A DNA stretch of 64,000 bases from Alphaproteobacteria bacterium UBA3768 (lineage in GTDB: Bacteria; Pseudomonadota; Alphaproteobacteria; CAAHEQ01; UBA3637): positions 28,755 through 92,754 of the forward strand of contig DFFU01000012.1 of the NCBI GenBank assembly GCA_002372315.1. Direction: 5' to 3'. A program made the position numbers and the translations under genes. The notes under the pieces were generated by a model. It was not told the DNA's origin. It saw only the letters and a list, made by a program, of their open reading frames with translations, and did not search any database. Positions 53,268 to 62,727 of this stretch are shown here, one piece after another. The number at the start of each line of letters is the position of its first letter. The first letter of the stretch is position 1.

Positions 53268-54320
53268 ATGATAAAAAAAATTTTATTGGTTTTATTTTTA
53301 ATTTTTATGGTTGGTACTGTATGGGCGGATATGTATCTGGCTGATCCCATTGCTGTTCAAGCTGATGGTGACAATCCTGTTCAGGCTAAACAGTTGGCTT
53401 TAGAACATGCTCAACGCCAATCTTTTGCTCAAGTTTTACGTCGCTTAATGGGGCGCGATTTGTTCACTCAAGAAATGCCCATTTCGGATATTGTCAACTT
53501 GGTTCAGGATGTATCAATCCAAAATGAAAAAAATACGGCTCAAACTTATTGGGCAACAGTTCGGGTACGTTTTCAACCAGATGCAGTACGCAATTTCTTA
53601 AACGCACACAATCAATCCTATTTAAAATCGGATCCCCCTTCATTTTTGGTGATTCCTGTTCAGATACAGGGTACAGAAATCGTTGGATTAGAGGACGAAA
53701 ATAGTTTTTATCAATTGTTGCGTTCCAAAGAAAATTTATCTGATTTTTATCAAATGGTTTTGCCTGTGGGTGATTTGGATGAAATGGTTATGGTAAATCG
53801 TGCGTTACGTTCAAAACAATATGATGATTTGTTGCCTTTAACAAATCGCTATGGGACGGAGGCTGTGTTAATTGTTTTTGCTAGTGCTAAGGGGAATAAC
53901 GATTGGCGGTTTTCATCAATTGTGATTCCTGAGGATAAAAAATCTTCAAATGTGGAAATTGATGATTGGTACAATGTGCTTTCTTTGAATGATGGATGGG
54001 AAAGATTGTTGAGTCGTATGGAGGAAGATTGGCGATTAAATGATGTTGTCAGTGAAAATCAAAATGACACATATTATGCCCGCTTAAATGAAAATTCTTT
54101 GATGATGTGGGCACAAGACGAAAAAGCTTTCCGTAAAATGGAGTTTTTAAAAGATTTTATGTTGCGTGGTGTATATCAACATCAGATGTTATTTTCTTTT
54201 TCCTTTACGGGTACACGCTCGGAGTTGATTGAAAATTGGGATCAAGCAGGTTGGGTATGGCATCCAGACATGACTGGTCCCAGTGGCACTTTAACCAGAA
54301 AAGAGGTATATTATGAATAA
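53268..54320 (+). CDS. Conserved secreted protein of unknown function (possibly DUF2066-type)
   Basis: ATG at 53268 with signal peptide MIKKILLVLFLIFMVGTVWA. It sits directly upstream of the perM-like and hda genes. The family assignment is from memory only. Confidence 0.4.
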   Translation: MIKKILLVLFLIFMVGTVWADMYLADPIAVQADGDNPVQAKQLALEHAQRQSFAQVLRRLMGRDLFTQEMPISDIVNLVQDVSIQNEKNTAQTYWATVRVRFQPDAVRNFLNAHNQSYLKSDPPSFLVIPVQIQGTEIVGLEDENSFYQLLRSKENLSDFYQMVLPVGDLDEMVMVNRALRSKQYDDLLPLTNRYGTEAVLIVFASAKGNNDWRFSSIVIPEDKKSSNVEIDDWYNVLSLNDGWERLLSRMEEDWRLNDVVSENQNDTYYARLNENSLMMWAQDEKAFRKMEFLKDFMLRGVYQHQMLFSFSFTGTRSELIENWDQAGWVWHPDMTGPSGTLTRKEVYYE

Positions 54321-55359
54321 AAAGTGGATACTACCCGCACTTGTCATAGTTTTATTGCTTTGTTTTTTTAATGCTATTCAAGGAATCTTATTACCTTTTG
54401 TTATAGCGTTCGTTTTGGCTTATTTGCTGAATCCATTTGTTGCGTGGTTTAGTAAGAAAATAGGCCGTACATTGGCCTCTGTTTTTGCGGTCAGTTTTGT
54501 ATTGGTTATATGCGTTTTATTGTCGTTTTTATTGTTGCCTATTTTACAAACACAAATCAGTTTGTTTATCGGTCGTGTTCCTTTGATGGCTGATCAATTG
54601 GTTGGTTATTTGAAAAAGTTTGTTTTGTGGAGTCGTCCCGAGATGTCCTATCAGCAAATATATCATTTGTCTGAGGCAACAACGCAAACAGCGGTGAGTG
54701 TTCTAAAAGCAATGGGTGTAGGACTTAATCAGGTCGTTTCGGGAAGTTTGGCTGTTGTCAATATTTTGGCGTTGTTGTTTATCAGTCCTATTATTTTGTT
54801 CTATGTATTGAAGGATTTACCAAAAATGAAAAAGAAAGCACAAGAAGCGTTACCGAAGGCATATCGCGGTCAGATTCAGTCTTTGGCACAAGAATTGGAT
54901 AAAACATTGGCTGGTTTTTTGCGTGGACAATCATCTGTGTGTGTACTATTGGCTATTTACTATGCTTGTGCGCTCACTTTAATTGGATTAGATTTAGGGG
55001 TTGTTATTGGTATTACAACTGGTATTTTATCCTTTATCCCTTATGTTGGCTTCTTGATTGGATTGGTTGTATCGTTGATTTTGGCCTTAGTGCAAGCACC
55101 AGGTTGGTCCTTGCTTTTATGGGTGCTTGGTATTTTTATTGTGGGCAATATTTTGGAAGGGTATATTTTGACACCCAATCTCGTGGGGAAAAAGGTGGGG
55201 CTTCATCCAGTATGGATATTGTTTGCTTTATTGGCAGGAGGTTCTTTATTTGGATTTTTGGGTGTGCTAGTGGCTGTGCCTGTGGCCGCTGTTATCGGGG
55301 TTTTGGTTCGCCATTTGTACGCTTTGTACCAACATACGCGTTTTTATAAAGGTGAGTGA
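54313..55359 (+). CDS. AI-2E family transporter (PerM/YhhT-like permease)
   Basis: 348 aa, about 8 TM. The C-terminal segments IPYVGFLIGLV and LTPNLVGKKVGLHPVWILFALLAGG are typical of the AI-2E family. Confidence 0.8.
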   Translation: MNKKWILPALVIVLLLCFFNAIQGILLPFVIAFVLAYLLNPFVAWFSKKIGRTLASVFAVSFVLVICVLLSFLLLPILQTQISLFIGRVPLMADQLVGYLKKFVLWSRPEMSYQQIYHLSEATTQTAVSVLKAMGVGLNQVVSGSLAVVNILALLFISPIILFYVLKDLPKMKKKAQEALPKAYRGQIQSLAQELDKTLAGFLRGQSSVCVLLAIYYACALTLIGLDLGVVIGITTGILSFIPYVGFLIGLVVSLILALVQAPGWSLLLWVLGIFIVGNILEGYILTPNLVGKKVGLHPVWILFALLAGGSLFGFLGVLVAVPVAAVIGVLVRHLYALYQHTRFYKGE

Positions 55360-56009
55360 TGAGCGAACAGTTAGCATTTGATTTACCCTATCGAACAGCT
55401 TATGGACGTGAAAGGTTCTGGGTTGCTCCATGTAATCAAGAAGCCATCACTTGGATTGATCGTTATCCAAATTGGCCAGCACATGCGTTGTTGATTTATG
55501 GTCCATCGGGTTCTGGGAAGACACATTTGGCAACCCTGTTTTCAAATATTATTATTCAGGCTCAGGATTTATTGCGTGATTTTCGGCCTGATTTTCAAAA
55601 GAAAATGGTAATTGAAAATGTGCAAAATTTGGCTGATGAAGAGGCTCTTTTACACCTGTTTAATTTTATGCAAGAAATGGGTGGAGATTTATTGTTAACA
55701 GCGCAAAGAATTCCACATTTTCAATTACCTGATTTGCAATCTCGATTAAATATGATTCCCAAGGCCGAAATTGTCATGCCTGATGAATCGGTTATGCGTG
55801 CGGTTGCACACAAGGCTTTTGAAGACAGGCATATTTTGGTAGATGATGCTGTTTTGGATTATTTATCTGTTCACTTAACGCGTTCTTTTTCGCTCTTACA
55901 ACAAGTTATTGAACGGGCGGATAAATTGTCTTTGGAGGTGGGACGTAAAATCACGATACCCATTTTAAAGCAAGTTATGCAGGAGTTAAAGGGAGTAATG
56001 GATGTTTAA
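55356..56009 (+). CDS. hdaA: DnaA-regulatory inactivator Hda/HdaA
   Basis: QLAFDLPYR N-terminus, LLIYGPSGSGKTHLA Walker A, about 217 aa (short AAA+ DnaA paralog). Confidence 0.8.
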   Translation: MMSEQLAFDLPYRTAYGRERFWVAPCNQEAITWIDRYPNWPAHALLIYGPSGSGKTHLATLFSNIIIQAQDLLRDFRPDFQKKMVIENVQNLADEEALLHLFNFMQEMGGDLLLTAQRIPHFQLPDLQSRLNMIPKAEIVMPDESVMRAVAHKAFEDRHILVDDAVLDYLSVHLTRSFSLLQQVIERADKLSLEVGRKITIPILKQVMQELKGVMDV

Positions 56010-58173
56010 AAAATTTTTTTCACACCCTAAAGTGCGGTCTGTTTTTTGGCTTTTTTTAGCCCTCTTTATTTTGGTGAGTCTGGCGGGATATCACGATCAA
56101 GATAATTCATGGAATACGTTCAGCAATAGTGTTCAAAATTATTTGGGGATAGTGGGGGCATGGACGGCTGATATTTTGTTGCAAATGCTGGGGGTAATGG
56201 CCTTTTCTTTACCTGTTATTTTCTTTATTTTTTCTGTTTTTTTATGGCGACAAGAAAAATGGTTAAAATTACGTTTTATATCGCTTGTATTGGGAATTTT
56301 ATGGGTTGATTGGTTGTTAGCAAAGGTACCCATTGAAACGACAAAGGGATGGTTTAAAGCGGATGCAGGAGGATTTGTTGGCTTTTTTCTGAATCAGCTA
56401 TGGGTGCTTCCCAAAGGATATTGGCTTATTTTATGGGTAGGGGGGAGTGTGCTCTTGTTTGCGTGGGCGCTGAAATTACATCTTCTTCAAGTTACAAAAA
56501 TGTTGGGTAAAGGTTTTATGTGGTTATTGAAAAAAATACCAGTTAGGTTGCCTTCAAAAATTGTTTCATTATTTAAAAAATTACATGTTCATCATCAAGT
56601 GGAAAAAATTAGAAAATCCGTTCCAAAGGTTAAGGTTAAAGCAGTTAAAAGTACACCACAAACATTGGTGCCAAAACCTGAAACTGGTATGCAATTACCA
56701 TCCACAGATTTGTTGGCGCCTGTAAAAGAAAGTTCTGGTACACATTTAACAAAAGAACAGATGAGTCAAATTTCACATTCTTTGGAAAGTGTATTGTTGC
56801 AATTTAAAGTACAAGGTCAGGTTGTGGGGGCGCGTCCCGGTCCTGTTGTAACTTTGTATGAATTTGAACCGGCCAGTGGTATTAAAATTTCGCGTGTGAT
56901 TACATTGGCTGATGATGTGGCTCGCGAAATGAAAGTTGTCTCTGTGCGTATGGCCGTTGTACCGGGGAGTAATGTAATTGGTATTGAAATGCCCAACCAA
57001 AATCGTGAGACGGTTTATATTCGTGAAATGATAGAAGACGATGACTTTAAAAATCACAAAGGTGCTTTACCGATTGTGTTGGGTAAAAATATCGGTGGTA
57101 AGCCCGTTTTTGCAGACTTGGCTAAAATGCCACATTTATTGGTGGCAGGGACAACGGGTTCGGGTAAATCCGTGGGGATTAACACAATGATTTTATCGCT
57201 GTTATATCGCTTTACGCCCGAACAATGTCGTTTGATTATGGTGGATCCGAAAATGGTGGAATTATCTGTTTATAATGGGATACCGCATTTATTGACACCT
57301 GTTGTAACAGAGCCCAGTAAATCTTTGATGGCGTTGAAATGGGCGGTGCACGAAATGGAAGATCGCTATCGTAATATGAGCCAATTAGGTGTACGTAATA
57401 TAGAAGGGTTTAACGCTAAATTAAAAGAGGCGAAAGAAAAGAATTTAACATTGAAGCGCCGTGTGCAAACAGGTTTTGATCCTGCAACAGGCGAGCCGAT
57501 TATGGAAGATCAAGCCTTTGATTTAACGCCATTGCCTTATATTGTGTTTATTATTGATGAAATGGCGGATTTAATGGGGCAGTGTGGTAAAGAAGCAGAT
57601 CCCCTTATTCAACGTTTGGCGCAAATGGCGCGTGCTGTGGGAATTCATTTGATTTTGGCGACTCAGCGGCCTTCTGTGGATGTTGTAACCGGTACAATTA
57701 AATCCAACTTTCCATCGCGTATTTCTTTCCAAGTACGTAATAAAATTGACTCGCGTACGATTTTGGATGAACAGGGTGCTGAACAATTATTGGGTCGTGG
57801 AGATATGCTTTATATGCCAGCAGGTAATAAACCCACACGTGTACATGGGCCTTTTGTGTCGGATGAAGATGTGGCGAATGTCGTGAAACACTGGACAGCG
57901 CAAGGTGAGCCCAAGTATGTGGATGCGGTGGTGGAAGAATCCGCACAAATGGCTGCGGGTGGTGCCAGTGGTGGCGCGGGTGGAAGTGGCAGCCTGTATG
58001 ACCAAGCGGTGGCGATTGTTTTGCGCGATAAGAAGCCAACGACCAGTTATATCCAACGCCGTTTGTCTATCGGTTATAATAAAGCGGCCGATTTGATTGA
58101 CCAAATGGAAGCCAATGGTGTGATTTCTCCGCCCAACGCTGCCGGCAAACGCGAAATTTTAAAGGGGGAATAG
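56002..58173 (+). CDS. ftsK: DNA translocase FtsK
   Basis: N-terminal 4-5 TM helices, a motor domain with LLVAGTTGSGKSVGINTMI and IVFIIDEMADLM, and a C-terminal gamma domain (SYIQRRLSIGYNKAADLIDQME). Confidence 0.95.
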   Translation: MFKKFFSHPKVRSVFWLFLALFILVSLAGYHDQDNSWNTFSNSVQNYLGIVGAWTADILLQMLGVMAFSLPVIFFIFSVFLWRQEKWLKLRFISLVLGILWVDWLLAKVPIETTKGWFKADAGGFVGFFLNQLWVLPKGYWLILWVGGSVLLFAWALKLHLLQVTKMLGKGFMWLLKKIPVRLPSKIVSLFKKLHVHHQVEKIRKSVPKVKVKAVKSTPQTLVPKPETGMQLPSTDLLAPVKESSGTHLTKEQMSQISHSLESVLLQFKVQGQVVGARPGPVVTLYEFEPASGIKISRVITLADDVAREMKVVSVRMAVVPGSNVIGIEMPNQNRETVYIREMIEDDDFKNHKGALPIVLGKNIGGKPVFADLAKMPHLLVAGTTGSGKSVGINTMILSLLYRFTPEQCRLIMVDPKMVELSVYNGIPHLLTPVVTEPSKSLMALKWAVHEMEDRYRNMSQLGVRNIEGFNAKLKEAKEKNLTLKRRVQTGFDPATGEPIMEDQAFDLTPLPYIVFIIDEMADLMGQCGKEADPLIQRLAQMARAVGIHLILATQRPSVDVVTGTIKSNFPSRISFQVRNKIDSRTILDEQGAEQLLGRGDMLYMPAGNKPTRVHGPFVSDEDVANVVKHWTAQGEPKYVDAVVEESAQMAAGGASGGAGGSGSLYDQAVAIVLRDKKPTTSYIQRRLSIGYNKAADLIDQMEANGVISPPNAAGKREILKGE

Positions 58174-58174
58174 G

Positions 58175-59539
58175 ATGAAAAAAACGTTAAAAATTTTTTT
58201 AATCATGCTTTGTTTGTTTTCAGTGAAACTTGTTTACGCTGTACCGATGCCTCCACGTCATTATATGAAGTCTGATGATTGTCCCAAAGAAGCTCCATTT
58301 TTGTCTAGTTGGGCAAAAAAAGAATGTGTTGGTTGTGATTATCTTGGTGAAATTGAAATTGCAAAAGGTCACGAAAAAGATTTTGATATTTGTCCCAATC
58401 GAGAAACTAAAAGTACATCACGTTTTGAAGGAGAATTAATAAGTGTTTTAAAAAAATGTCCTCCAGAAGCACCTTTAAGAACAAAATATGGTTGCAAATC
58501 ATGTGATTCTTGGGTTGATTATTTTGCTATACCTGTTTTTGAACAATCAGATTGTCAGTCTTGCCCCGGATTAACTTTCAATAAAAGTAATTTAATCTTA
58601 GGAGAATGGTCTTGGGATAATTTTTGTATTAAACAATGTCCCCAGGATAAGCCAATGCAGGGTAAGCATGGTTATTGTGATTCGTGTGATTCCTTATCAT
58701 TAGAGATTAAACAAAAAGAATGTGCCAAATGTCCTAACCGTGTTTATGAAGATCATCTTTGCCTTTTTAAAGAAATTAAGGGTAAGGATGGAAATCCCTT
58801 ACTAATGGCTAGAGCTTTTGGAACAGATGGAATTGGATGGACAGCAGATTTGTATAGTTGTGGTTATCCTTATGGAATACAGACAACGAAGAGTAGTTGT
58901 GATCAATGTCCTAATCGTTATTATAAAGAGAATTTATGCATATTAAAAACAAACTGTCAAAAAGAAGAGTACGCAACTTTGGATGGGAAATGTATACCTT
59001 GTAATGAAAATGATGTAGAGATACATGATGTTTTGGAGACGGAGTGTCGGAAATGTCCTCAACGCTTATATAAGGACCACAAATGTGCTAAATGTTCAAA
59101 AGGGAAAATAGCTAATTCTAATGGTGGTTGTGAACCATGTGATACCCCTTACGTAATTTATTTATTAGACAAGGATAACAAGTCATGTCCCAATCGTATA
59201 ACCCAAAAAATTAGAGATGATGTGTATATCAGTTCTTTAAAAGAATGTCCGAAAAATTATCCTATAAAAAATGGTTTTGGTAGCTGTGTTGCTTGCGAGG
59301 TATTGGGTGATCTCACACATTCAGTTGGTGTGTCAAAAGAGGACTGTAAAAAATGTGGAGGGTTATACCAGGGAAATCTTTGTTTGCCTAAGAACAGGCC
59401 TCTGGTAATGAAATTATACAGTTTTTCTCTTTCTTGCGATGAAAAAGAAGAATTGGCAACCACTCCCGAAAATTGTGCGCTTTGTCCTAACCGCGAATAT
59501 GTGGATAGCAAATGCGTTTTAAAAAAGGAAATAAAATGA
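58175..59539 (+). CDS. Secreted cysteine-rich repeat protein (CxxCPNR / furin-like modules) inserted between ftsK and lolA
   Basis: Starts 2 nt after the ftsK stop, and its stop overlaps the lolA ATG (ATGA). Signal peptide ends LVYA. At least 6 modules, e.g. CAKCPNRVYEDHLC, CDQCPNRYYKENLC, CALCPNREYVDSKC. Confidence 0.7.
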   Translation: MKKTLKIFLIMLCLFSVKLVYAVPMPPRHYMKSDDCPKEAPFLSSWAKKECVGCDYLGEIEIAKGHEKDFDICPNRETKSTSRFEGELISVLKKCPPEAPLRTKYGCKSCDSWVDYFAIPVFEQSDCQSCPGLTFNKSNLILGEWSWDNFCIKQCPQDKPMQGKHGYCDSCDSLSLEIKQKECAKCPNRVYEDHLCLFKEIKGKDGNPLLMARAFGTDGIGWTADLYSCGYPYGIQTTKSSCDQCPNRYYKENLCILKTNCQKEEYATLDGKCIPCNENDVEIHDVLETECRKCPQRLYKDHKCAKCSKGKIANSNGGCEPCDTPYVIYLLDKDNKSCPNRITQKIRDDVYISSLKECPKNYPIKNGFGSCVACEVLGDLTHSVGVSKEDCKKCGGLYQGNLCLPKNRPLVMKLYSFSLSCDEKEELATTPENCALCPNREYVDSKCVLKKEIK

Positions 59540-60153
59540 AAAAATTAATTTTACTTTTGTTTTTAAGTTTTACTTTGCCGACCTATGCATTGGTGGATAA
59601 AAAAATTGATACACCAGCTAATCGGGCGATTTTGAATAAGGTGGAAAAAGCCTATAATAAAATGCGCACTTTGCAAGCTAAATTTGCTCAATTTAATTCC
59701 AAAATGAAAGACGATTTACAAACGGGAATCATCTATATTTCTCGCCCTGGTCAGATGCGTTTGGCCTATGAAAAAGGTTCGCCTTTGGAATTTGTGGCCA
59801 CCAATGGTGCTTTTATTTATCACGATAAAGATTTGGAAGAGGTGAATTATTTCGATTTAAATTCCACCCCTGTGGAATGGATTTTGCGTGATAAGTTGGT
59901 CTTTGATGATGCTGGCTTTGTGGTAACAGACGTTCAAGATGTTTTGGATGAATACTATATTACAGCCCATAAAAAGGATGCCAAAGAATTGGGTGAATTG
60001 ACTCTTATCATTGATAAAGATACAATGGAGTTGAAACAATGGGATGTGTTGGATATGCAGGGTATTAAATCCACAGTTTCTCTTTTTGATATAAAACAAA
60101 ATATACCTATTGACAAAAAGATTTTTTTGTTTCATAATCCTTACAAGAATTAA
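59536..60153 (+). CDS. lolA: Outer-membrane lipoprotein carrier protein LolA
   Basis: ATG at 59536 with signal peptide MKKLILLLFLSFTLPTYA. LQAKFAQ...GIIYISRPGQMRLAY matches the LolA fold. Position downstream of ftsK is conserved. Confidence 0.8.
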   Translation: MKKLILLLFLSFTLPTYALVDKKIDTPANRAILNKVEKAYNKMRTLQAKFAQFNSKMKDDLQTGIIYISRPGQMRLAYEKGSPLEFVATNGAFIYHDKDLEEVNYFDLNSTPVEWILRDKLVFDDAGFVVTDVQDVLDEYYITAHKKDAKELGELTLIIDKDTMELKQWDVLDMQGIKSTVSLFDIKQNIPIDKKIFLFHNPYKN

Positions 60154-60174
60154 AAAAAAACGGGGAGGTTTTTC

Positions 60175-60888
60175 ATGAAAAAGTTCTTAACGGCATGTGC
60201 TTTGGTAACTTTAATGGCTGCGTCTGTAAGTGCTGCACCTCAGCAATCTGAGTGTGCTTATTCGCCACGTCAAACGTTAATACGTGATGCAAAGGACGCA
60301 ATTCAGATTGCAAAGTTGATTGAGCAAGGTGTTGTATTTGACGAAACACCTCGGTGCGGTGGTTCATTGATGCAATTGGCTGTCAGACGTGGTAATACGG
60401 ATGTATTGGTTGCCCTTTTGAATCAAGATTTAAAGCGTGCGTCTCAAATTGTTTCTTTGGATGAATTTCCCATTCCTGGTGCTCCTAAAAAGGTACCTTT
60501 GTGGCTTTTTGCAGCATACTATGCTCCCAATGAAAACGTAATGATTTTATTACAAAAGGCCTTGCAACAGTCTAATCAAAATTTGGCTGTTACAGATGAA
60601 CTTGGTCGTAATGTCTTGTGGTATATGGATAAAAATCCTGTGTTGCGTAAGACAGATTTATATGATACGTTAAACAGTGAATTATTGACGTCTTTGACAA
60701 TGTCCACTCAAGATTTATTGTTAAATACAGCACTAGGTGGAGGACATGCTCCACTGAATGCGGGGGCATTGACGGGGCAATCAACAGGAAGTGGGCAGCC
60801 TATGGTGGGACAATTGACGACGCCTACAACAACGGCAACGCCAGCACCACAGGCGAGTCAAAAGGAAATTGTTGAACCCACTAAATAA
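60175..60888 (+). CDS. Secreted ankyrin-repeat-like protein with Thr/Pro-rich tail
   Basis: Signal peptide ending VSAA. GGSLMQLAVRRGNTDVLVALLNQ resembles an ankyrin unit. The C-terminus is low-complexity (TTPTTTATPAPQ). Confidence 0.4.
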   Translation: MKKFLTACALVTLMAASVSAAPQQSECAYSPRQTLIRDAKDAIQIAKLIEQGVVFDETPRCGGSLMQLAVRRGNTDVLVALLNQDLKRASQIVSLDEFPIPGAPKKVPLWLFAAYYAPNENVMILLQKALQQSNQNLAVTDELGRNVLWYMDKNPVLRKTDLYDTLNSELLTSLTMSTQDLLLNTALGGGHAPLNAGALTGQSTGSGQPMVGQLTTPTTTATPAPQASQKEIVEPTK

Positions 60889-61393
60889 GCTTGTATTTAC
60901 CACTTTCTAAGATAATGAGTTTATCGTCGTAGGGGGATAGTTTTTGTCGTAAGGTGTAAATGTGGCTTTCCAAAGTATGTGTATGTACATCTTGTTGATA
61001 ATGCCAAACGGTATCTAAAATTTCCCCTTTGGTTGCTTGATGGTCGTATTTTTTTGCTAAAAATCCAATGATGGCAGATTCCTTCTCTGTCAACTGAATG
61101 ATTTTGAGAGAGGCTTTTTGAATCAACTGCCGGGTACGTGGCTCCCATTTAAAGTATTGATTTTCAAAATTTCCTAAACTCATTTGAATCAACTTTTCCT
61201 TTAGTTTTTTGGCACTACAAGGCAAATCTATATCCTTCCCCAAAATCAATATTGGTACATTAAATGTGTCCATTTGATTATCTGTGAGCAGGGCCGCATA
61301 AGTATGTGTAGGAACAAATTTTTCAGCATTGCCTTTCAATAAATCTAACAAAGCCTTCTGCCAAATTAAATTTTGTACTTTTATACCAATCAT
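60881..61393 (-). CDS. OmpR/PhoB-type winged-helix DNA-binding protein with short, degenerate receiver-like N-terminus
   Basis: The C-terminus LTEKESAIIGFLAKK...ATKGEILDTVWHYQQDVHTHTLESHIYTLRQKL...GKYKL matches Trans_reg_C. The N-terminal ~75 aa lack the acidic pocket residues. Confidence 0.55.
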   Translation of the reverse strand: MIGIKVQNLIWQKALLDLLKGNAEKFVPTHTYAALLTDNQMDTFNVPILILGKDIDLPCSAKKLKEKLIQMSLGNFENQYFKWEPRTRQLIQKASLKIIQLTEKESAIIGFLAKKYDHQATKGEILDTVWHYQQDVHTHTLESHIYTLRQKLSPYDDKLIILESGKYKLI

Positions 61394-61460
61394 CTCTTGC
61401 CTTTTTTGTTAAAAAAAGATATACATATTGATAATGTAATATAGCAAAAAGTCAAAAAAA

Positions 61461-62726
61461 ATGATAGGATTATTTTTATATCAGTTGTTATTTGTTCTAT
61501 GTCTGCCGATTTGGTGTGTGTTTTTTTTGCTGCGTTTAGCAAAAGGCAGGGAAGATAAGCATCGGTGGAAAGAGCGTTGGGGAATACCAGGTTGTGTTAG
61601 ACCTGATGGAAAATTAATATGGATGCATGGTGCAAGTGTGGGGGAATGCTTATCTATGTTGCCTTTGATTCAGCGTTTGTTGGAGCGGGATAAAAATTTA
61701 CATATTATGGTTACCAGTGGGACTGTCACTTCAGCCAATTTAATGGCAACCCGTTTGCCACAGAGAGCTTTTCATCATTATTTGCCACTGGATATGCCTT
61801 GGGCTTGTGCACGATTGATTCGACATTTTCAACCGCAAGCTGCTTACTGGTTTGAATCAGAATTTTGGCCGACAACAGTGTATGCATTTAAGCAGGCGGG
61901 CATTCCTTTGGTATTATTAAATGGTCGCATTTCTGATCGCTCTTTTGGACGTTGGCAAAAATGTCCGTCTGTTATTCGTTTTATTTTATCTTGTTTTACT
62001 TTAACATTGGGGCAGTCACAAGAGGATCGTCGTCGTTTGGAGGTATTGGGCGGTCCCAATACAGCGTGTGTCGGAAACATTAAATGTGCGGCACCAGCCA
62101 GTCCTTTTGATCCATCTGAATTGGAAAAATTAATGTCCCAAATTGGAAATCGGCCTTGCTTTTGTGGTGCTTCTACGCATCATAATGAGGAAGAACAATT
62201 GGCTGATGTTGTCTTAAATTTAAAGGGTGATTTTCAAAATTTATTGATGATTTCAGTTCCACGTCATCCCAATCGTGCAGACGAAATTCAAAAGATGTTT
62301 GAAGGTAAGGGCTTAAAGGTAGCTCGTCGTTCTAAAGGGGAAGAAATTTCTGATAATATTCAGGTTTATTTGGCTGATACCATTGGGGAAATGGGACTTC
62401 TATATCAATTGGCGCCTCTTGTCTTTGTGGGGGGAAGTTTAATTGATTTTGGTGGGCAAAATATGTTGGAACCGATGTATTGGTCGCGGGTTGTTTTTGT
62501 GGGGCCGTATACACAAAATTTCCGTGCTTTTATGGCTTCTGGTAAAAAGTGTCATGCTTTGATTGAGATTCAAAATAAAGATGAATTGGCCGAAAAAATA
62601 CGTTTTTATTTCATGCATCCTGATGCACAAGTTGAAATTAAAAAGCGGGCACATCAAATGGCTATTTCTGAAATGGCAGTGTTGGATCGGTTATATGATT
62701 TATTAAAAGAAAGGAATCTTGTTTAA
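61461..62726 (+). CDS. waaA: 3-deoxy-D-manno-octulosonic acid (Kdo) transferase
   Basis: LIWMHGASVGECLSMLPLIQRL and a later GGSL...GGQNMLEP segment, which are conserved KdtA/WaaA blocks. Confidence 0.9.
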   Translation: MIGLFLYQLLFVLCLPIWCVFFLLRLAKGREDKHRWKERWGIPGCVRPDGKLIWMHGASVGECLSMLPLIQRLLERDKNLHIMVTSGTVTSANLMATRLPQRAFHHYLPLDMPWACARLIRHFQPQAAYWFESEFWPTTVYAFKQAGIPLVLLNGRISDRSFGRWQKCPSVIRFILSCFTLTLGQSQEDRRRLEVLGGPNTACVGNIKCAAPASPFDPSELEKLMSQIGNRPCFCGASTHHNEEEQLADVVLNLKGDFQNLLMISVPRHPNRADEIQKMFEGKGLKVARRSKGEEISDNIQVYLADTIGEMGLLYQLAPLVFVGGSLIDFGGQNMLEPMYWSRVVFVGPYTQNFRAFMASGKKCHALIEIQNKDELAEKIRFYFMHPDAQVEIKKRAHQMAISEMAVLDRLYDLLKERNLV

Positions 62727-62727
62727 A

